DNA from: Bacteroidota bacterium
GTDB lineage: Bacteria; Bacteroidota; Ignavibacteria; OLB7
Length of the DNA: 64,000 bases
Direction: 5' to 3'
Assembly: GCA_018266795.1 (NCBI GenBank)
Contig: JAFDZV010000036.1
Location: 26,971-90,970 of the forward strand
Part shown: piece by piece, positions 59,832-64,000 of the stretch
Numbering within the stretch: the stretch's first letter is position 1
How the letters are laid out: each line of letters starts with the position of its first letter
Position numbers and translations under genes: made by a program
Notes under the pieces: model-generated
What the model was told of the DNA's origin: nothing
Databases searched by the model: none
What the model saw: only the letters and a program-made list of their open reading frames with translations

Positions 59832-61601
59832 ATGCACGTACGTTCATATCGATCGACGCACTGGCTGCGGCTGGTGCTCCTGCTTACAAGTCTGTTTCCG
59901 GCAATGCTCGCGGCGCAGCCGTCATCGCCGGTGTCGAAGGGTCCGGGTGACGACCTGGTCATCAAGAAATCCGACGGTCAGGGCAAGAGTGCGACCTTCG
60001 GGCAGGACCTGCCTCCGTTGGAACGGGCGGTGGATCCGGCGCTGTATCGCGTCGGGCCCAACGATCAACTCCTTCTCTCGATCCCGTTGATCGAGGGGGG
60101 GGACTTCCAACTGGTGGTCTCCGTAGACAACACCATCCTGTTGCCTCGTGGATTCCCGCTGATCAATGTCAAGGGCATGACCCTTTCGCGCCTTCGCGAG
60201 GTGGTGGATTCGCTCTACCGAGCGCGATCGGCATCCTACCGCAACGTCAACATCTCGCTGGTCAAGCCGCGGTCCATCTATGTATCGGTGACGGGGGATG
60301 TGCTCTTCCCGGATCGGTACGTCATGACTGCGGCCGACAGGCCGACAACCGCGATCGATATCGCCAACAGGATCTCGCAGGAGGGGCTCACCAAGCAGCG
60401 CGAGGAGGAGATTGCCGAGCAGCGCCGCCGCACGCGCGACGATCGCCTTGGCGCCGGCAATTTCGGCGGCGCGCAGCCGATGCAGCGCTGGGTGACGCTG
60501 CGCCATAACGACGGCTCCATCCAGCGGCTGGACCTGATGCGCTATCGCGCGCTCGGCGACGAGTCGCAGAATCCGACGCTGCGCGAGGGGGATGAGCTGA
60601 TCGTTCATTCGTCCACCATCGGCAGCTCCACGATCTCCGCCGTCGGTGCCGTAAACTCTCCTGCCACCATGCCGTTCGCCGACGGCGACAATGCGCTGAT
60701 GCTCTACCGTCTCTCCGGTGGCGTCCGCGAGGGGGGAGTGGTGAAGGAGGCGTTCATCGCGCGGCGCACGGCCGCCGGTCTGGAGAAGGTTCCGCTGGAT
60801 CTGGATGACAGCGTATCGCTTGCATCGACGAAGCTTGCCGCAGGCGATCAGTTCGTGGTGGTTGCGGACGATGCGGCCGTAACGGGAGGCTCCCGTGTTG
60901 GGGCGGTATCCGTGGTCGGCGAGGTGGAGCGTCCCGCCGTCTATCCGATCGTTCCCGGCGTGACGACGCTCTCCGAGCTGATCACGATGGCCGGCGGCGT
61001 GAAGCCGGATGCCGCTCTCAACGGCGCCTACATCACACGTGCGGTGGACAGTCGTTTTCAGAAGCCGGCGTCGGTGCTGGCGAGCGATCCGGGCGCCTAC
61101 ATATCCGCCAGTTCGCTCGCGCTCGACGATACCACCCGGATGAAGTTCGACCTGGAGAATCAGAGGAACCGCGTCTCCGCGGACTTCGTCGAGATCGTCG
61201 GGCGCGGCAACAAGGCGCACGATGTTCCGCTGGAGCATGGTGATGAAGTGGTGATTCCGCCGAACCCGAAGAACGTGTTCGTGCGCGGCCGCGTGCAGCA
61301 TCCCGGCTGGGTTGCCTACGCACCCGGAGCGCAGTACGATTACTACATCACGATGGCCGGCGGTTATATCGATGCCGCAGTGCCCGGGCGTTCGCAGGTG
61401 TTGAAGTTCGGCTCCGGGATCTGGGATGATCCCGGCCATACAACGATCATGCCGGGTGACGAGATCTACGTTCCGGGTGAGCGCGATCTGCCCGGGCGAA
61501 CGTCGCTCGAGATCGCGGGAACGATCGTAGGAATCACCGGCGGCATAGCAAGCCTGGCGTTCACAATCTTCACCTTCGTGCAGCAGCTCACGAAGAAATG
61601 A
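59832..61601 (+). CDS. Polysaccharide export protein (Wza/KpsD-like Poly_export plus SLBB domains) with a C-terminal TM helix (589 aa).
   Basis: Signal peptide LRLVLLLTSLFPAMLAAQ. Poly_export motif YRVGPNDQLLLSIP. Two SLBB-like repeats (IYVSVTGDV..., VSVVGEVERPAVYPI). C-terminal TM IAGTIVGITGGIASLAFTIFTFV. Confidence 0.7.
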   Translation: MHVRSYRSTHWLRLVLLLTSLFPAMLAAQPSSPVSKGPGDDLVIKKSDGQGKSATFGQDLPPLERAVDPALYRVGPNDQLLLSIPLIEGGDFQLVVSVDNTILLPRGFPLINVKGMTLSRLREVVDSLYRARSASYRNVNISLVKPRSIYVSVTGDVLFPDRYVMTAADRPTTAIDIANRISQEGLTKQREEEIAEQRRRTRDDRLGAGNFGGAQPMQRWVTLRHNDGSIQRLDLMRYRALGDESQNPTLREGDELIVHSSTIGSSTISAVGAVNSPATMPFADGDNALMLYRLSGGVREGGVVKEAFIARRTAAGLEKVPLDLDDSVSLASTKLAAGDQFVVVADDAAVTGGSRVGAVSVVGEVERPAVYPIVPGVTTLSELITMAGGVKPDAALNGAYITRAVDSRFQKPASVLASDPGAYISASSLALDDTTRMKFDLENQRNRVSADFVEIVGRGNKAHDVPLEHGDEVVIPPNPKNVFVRGRVQHPGWVAYAPGAQYDYYITMAGGYIDAAVPGRSQVLKFGSGIWDDPGHTTIMPGDEIYVPGERDLPGRTSLEIAGTIVGITGGIASLAFTIFTFVQQLTKK

Positions 61602-63310
61602 TCAGCCTCATGAACAGAGCCGTTCGCACTCATGCGGCCGCGATACTTCTGGTGTGCGGTCTGCTTGCGGGCCGTACCGCCGCCCGCGCGCAGAGCGAGC
61701 TGCTTCCGGTGGATCATCCGGCCACCGCGACGCTGGTGCGCCTGTACGAGTTCGGAGGCATTCCGGAGTTCCCGCGCGAGCACCTTCCGATATCGCGGGC
61801 ATATGCTCTGCGGCTGCTTGTGCAGGCCGGCAGGGATACCACTCTGCCGGATCTGTTGCGCAGACAGGCCGCATACTATAGCGACGAACTGGTGGCGGAG
61901 ACCGGGTTCGCTCCAACCGCAGCCTTCATCCCAACCGCCGACACATCCACGCTGATCTACGATCACATCGGCGGTGACCAGCCGGTGGTGGTTCTGGAGT
62001 ATCGAGACCCGGAGTTGCACACGCACGTGGCGCTGGAGCCGGTGCTGGATGGAGACCTGCGGGTGGATCCCGATGCTCACGCAACCGCGCTGATTGCCCG
62101 GGGCGGCCTGGAGCTGCGCGGAACACTTCTCGGCCATATCGGCTTTTCCGGACGCGTCACCAACGGCTCGGTGGCCGGCGATTCCGCGATCGCAGCGCGC
62201 GACCCGCACATCAATCGCGACGGCTCCTTCGGCATCACCGGCTTCGGCCGCGACGTCAGCTCCGGTGACGGGCACATCCGTGCGGACTTCGACAACGTTG
62301 CCATCGAGCTCGGGCACGAACGGGTGCAGCTTGGCGGGGGGCTGAGCGAGAGCCTGCTGCTGGGCTCCGATCTTCCGGTCAACTTCGATTACCTTCGCTT
62401 CTCGGCTCGCTTCGGACGTGTAGCGTTCACACATATCCATGCCTCGCTGCTCGGTGAGGCCACGGGCGATTCGCGCGGGCCGTACGCGGAGATACCGGCG
62501 AAGTACGTGGCCGCGCATCTCCTCAGCTTCGGTCCGTTTGCGGGCCTTCGATTCTCGATCGGCGAGTCCGTGATCTACCATGGGCGGCCGTTCGATCTGG
62601 GCTATATCAACCCGCTCGTCTTCATGAAGACGCAGGAGCAGTATCTGCTGGATCGCGACAACGCGAACCTCTATCTGGCGATGACCTGGGCTCCGATCAG
62701 AAGAGCGTTGCTGGAAGGGGAGATCCTGGTGGATGACCTGCGCTTCTCGCAGATCGGGAAGGGCTTCTGGAACAACAAGACGGCGTGGCGCGTGGCGCTC
62801 CGGACCACGGCCGTCGGTGTCGACTGGCTGGACGCCGCTGTCTCCTACACGCGGCTCGAGCCGTATGTGTTCACGCACTTCAACCCGCTCAACGACTACA
62901 CACATGCCGGCGCAATTCTCGGCGGCGGAGGGCTGCAGCCGAATTCCTGCCTCACCGAACTGACGTTGGGCGCCACCCCTGCGCCGTGGCTGCACGTGCA
63001 GGCTGCTGCCGGCTTCGGCGAGCACGGCGCCAACACGTACGGCATCGATCCGGTGACCGGGCGCGATACTGTTCTGGTGAACGTTGGCGGAGATGTGCAC
63101 CAGACGCATCGCGCGATTCTGGACAACGATCACGTGACGTTTCTGGACGGCATTCTGGAGAAGACCGTGCACCTGCGGCTGGAGGCGGAGTACGAACTGC
63201 GGCGCAACGTCTATCTGCGCATCGCGGCCCTTCGCGATCAGACAACGGTGAACGGCAGCACCTCTCCGGTGACGGAGATCCGGTGCGGCCTGCACGTCGG
63301 GGCGCACTAG
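61598..63310 (+). CDS. Predicted outer-membrane beta-barrel protein, possibly a Wzi-like capsule-assembly protein (570 aa).
   Basis: Its ATG overlaps the Wza-like stop (ATGA). Signal peptide AAAILLVCGLLAGRTAARAQ. Beta-strand-rich, with aromatic girdle residues. The locus context is a polysaccharide export cluster. Confidence 0.4.
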   Translation: MISLMNRAVRTHAAAILLVCGLLAGRTAARAQSELLPVDHPATATLVRLYEFGGIPEFPREHLPISRAYALRLLVQAGRDTTLPDLLRRQAAYYSDELVAETGFAPTAAFIPTADTSTLIYDHIGGDQPVVVLEYRDPELHTHVALEPVLDGDLRVDPDAHATALIARGGLELRGTLLGHIGFSGRVTNGSVAGDSAIAARDPHINRDGSFGITGFGRDVSSGDGHIRADFDNVAIELGHERVQLGGGLSESLLLGSDLPVNFDYLRFSARFGRVAFTHIHASLLGEATGDSRGPYAEIPAKYVAAHLLSFGPFAGLRFSIGESVIYHGRPFDLGYINPLVFMKTQEQYLLDRDNANLYLAMTWAPIRRALLEGEILVDDLRFSQIGKGFWNNKTAWRVALRTTAVGVDWLDAAVSYTRLEPYVFTHFNPLNDYTHAGAILGGGGLQPNSCLTELTLGATPAPWLHVQAAAGFGEHGANTYGIDPVTGRDTVLVNVGGDVHQTHRAILDNDHVTFLDGILEKTVHLRLEAEYELRRNVYLRIAALRDQTTVNGSTSPVTEIRCGLHVGAH

Positions 63311-63314
63311 TCGA

Positions 63315-63478
63315 GTGGTCAGTAGTCAGTGGTCGGTAGTCAGTAGCTCGTTGTTGTCTTCGACTGGCAACTGACCACTAACGACTAACGACTGACATTC
63401 CGAAGTCAGTGGTTGGTAGTCAGTAGCTCGTTGTTGTCTTCGACTGACAACTGACCACTAACGACTGACGACTGACAA
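63315..63478. repeat. Two tandem ~75-bp palindromic GTCAGT/ACTGAC repeat units (locus B).
   Basis: The unit agtcagtggt(c/t)ggtagtcagtagctcgttgttgtcttcgactg(g/a)caactgaccactaacgact(a/g)acgactgac is repeated twice at >95% identity. It is the same family as 26976-27169. Confidence 0.75.
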
Positions 63479-63589
63479 CCTGCACTCCGAATTGCACTGA
63501 GAGGAAGTCCATGCAGATGTGTCGAGGAGGTATGCGTAGGGCGGGCGCCTTCGGCGCAGGCAAATCATATGCGAACCATGAGTTCAACA

Positions 63590-64000
63590 ATGCGAGATAG
63601 AATTGTTCCGGCTGGCGACCAGTCCGGGTTGCCGGAGGGTCAGGTGATTCTCTTCGAGCAGTTCCGGATGTTCAAGCGAACGTGGAAGCTGGTGCTGGCG
63701 ATCGCCATCGTGGCGACTGCCGGCGTTGCGGTGTATGTCTTCGGCTATATGCCGGTGGAGTACATGGCCGTTGTGCGTGCGCTTCCCCCGAACAAGTCCG
63801 GCACGCCGCTCGACAACATCATCGGTGGAATATCGACGTCGCTCAAGGACTTCGGGCTCTCCAAGCTCGTGGGGAAGGCGGGATCGGACAACGGTTATTC
63901 CCGTTCGGTGCTGATCACCAGCCAGCCGCTGTTCGATTCGCTCATCTCGCACTACGATCTGTTCACCGTGTACGGCATCCCGAAGGGACGCTACGACAAG
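63590..64000 (+). CDS. Polysaccharide chain-length determinant (Wzz/Wzc/GumC family) protein, 3'-partial.
   Basis: N-terminal cytoplasmic segment, then a TM helix LVLAIAIVATAGVAVYVFGY, followed by a periplasmic domain. An alternative in-frame ATG is at 63578. The ORF continues past the window end. Confidence 0.55.
   Translation, partial: MRDRIVPAGDQSGLPEGQVILFEQFRMFKRTWKLVLAIAIVATAGVAVYVFGYMPVEYMAVVRALPPNKSGTPLDNIIGGISTSLKDFGLSKLVGKAGSDNGYSRSVLITSQPLFDSLISHYDLFTVYGIPKGRYDK

Overview
This is a 64-kb window from a GC-rich bacterial genome. Third codon positions are G/C-dominated, and most long antisense ORFs in the six-frame track are Arg/Pro-rich shadows rather than genes. Several genes have clear Shine-Dalgarno-like sites (e.g. 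aggaga at 34881, ggagag at 14361). A SusC/SusD pair is present, which suggests an FCB-group relative (Rhodothermaeota/Gemmatimonadota-like), but that lineage call is a guess.

The first ~25.8 kb is an unusual cluster on the + strand. It holds two paralogous giant proteins: one of at least 2,910 aa that is cut off at the window edge, and one of 3,371 aa. Both carry tandem LysM-like modules and share a very strongly conserved ~250-aa Gly/hydrophobic core. Between them lie three genes. The first is a collagen-like (Gly-X-Thr)n protein with a ~155-aa C-terminal globular domain. The second is an 1,191-aa acidic, Cys-containing protein with no recognisable motifs. The third is a signal-peptide-bearing stand-alone ComEC/Rec2-type metallo-beta-lactamase (putative nuclease) domain protein, which sits 16 nt upstream of the second giant gene. 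I could not assign this cluster to any family I know; it is the main candidate for an undescribed system.

The remainder of the window is a mix of housekeeping and cell-envelope genes:
- A membrane-anchored orphan protein, convergent with the giant cluster.
- A 1,171-aa four-domain glycosyltransferase/methyltransferase fusion.
- A persulfide-dioxygenase-rhodanese fusion.
- The SusC/SusD pair.
- prfB, with its classic CUU UGA C programmed +1 frameshift site intact.
- A small beta-barrel outer-membrane protein.
- A methyltransferase and a hexapeptide acetyltransferase.
- A MoxR-like AAA+ ATPase coupled to a von Willebrand factor A (VWA)-domain protein.
- An HprK-like P-loop protein.
- mnmA.
- A penicillin-acylase-family Ntn hydrolase.
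- A lysine-6-aminotransferase-like class III aminotransferase.
- uvrA, with a Lys/Ala/Pro-rich N-terminal extension.
- A polysaccharide-export locus (nucleotide-sugar dehydrogenase, wecB, Wza-like, Wzi-like outer-membrane protein, start of Wzc).

Several small dispersed intergenic repeat families are visible: GTCAGT/ACTGAC palindromic units at two loci, a 32-nt repeat at two loci, and a GTCATCCTGA...GCGAAGGAT motif at three loci. No rRNA, tRNA, CRISPR array, transposase or integrase was recognised.
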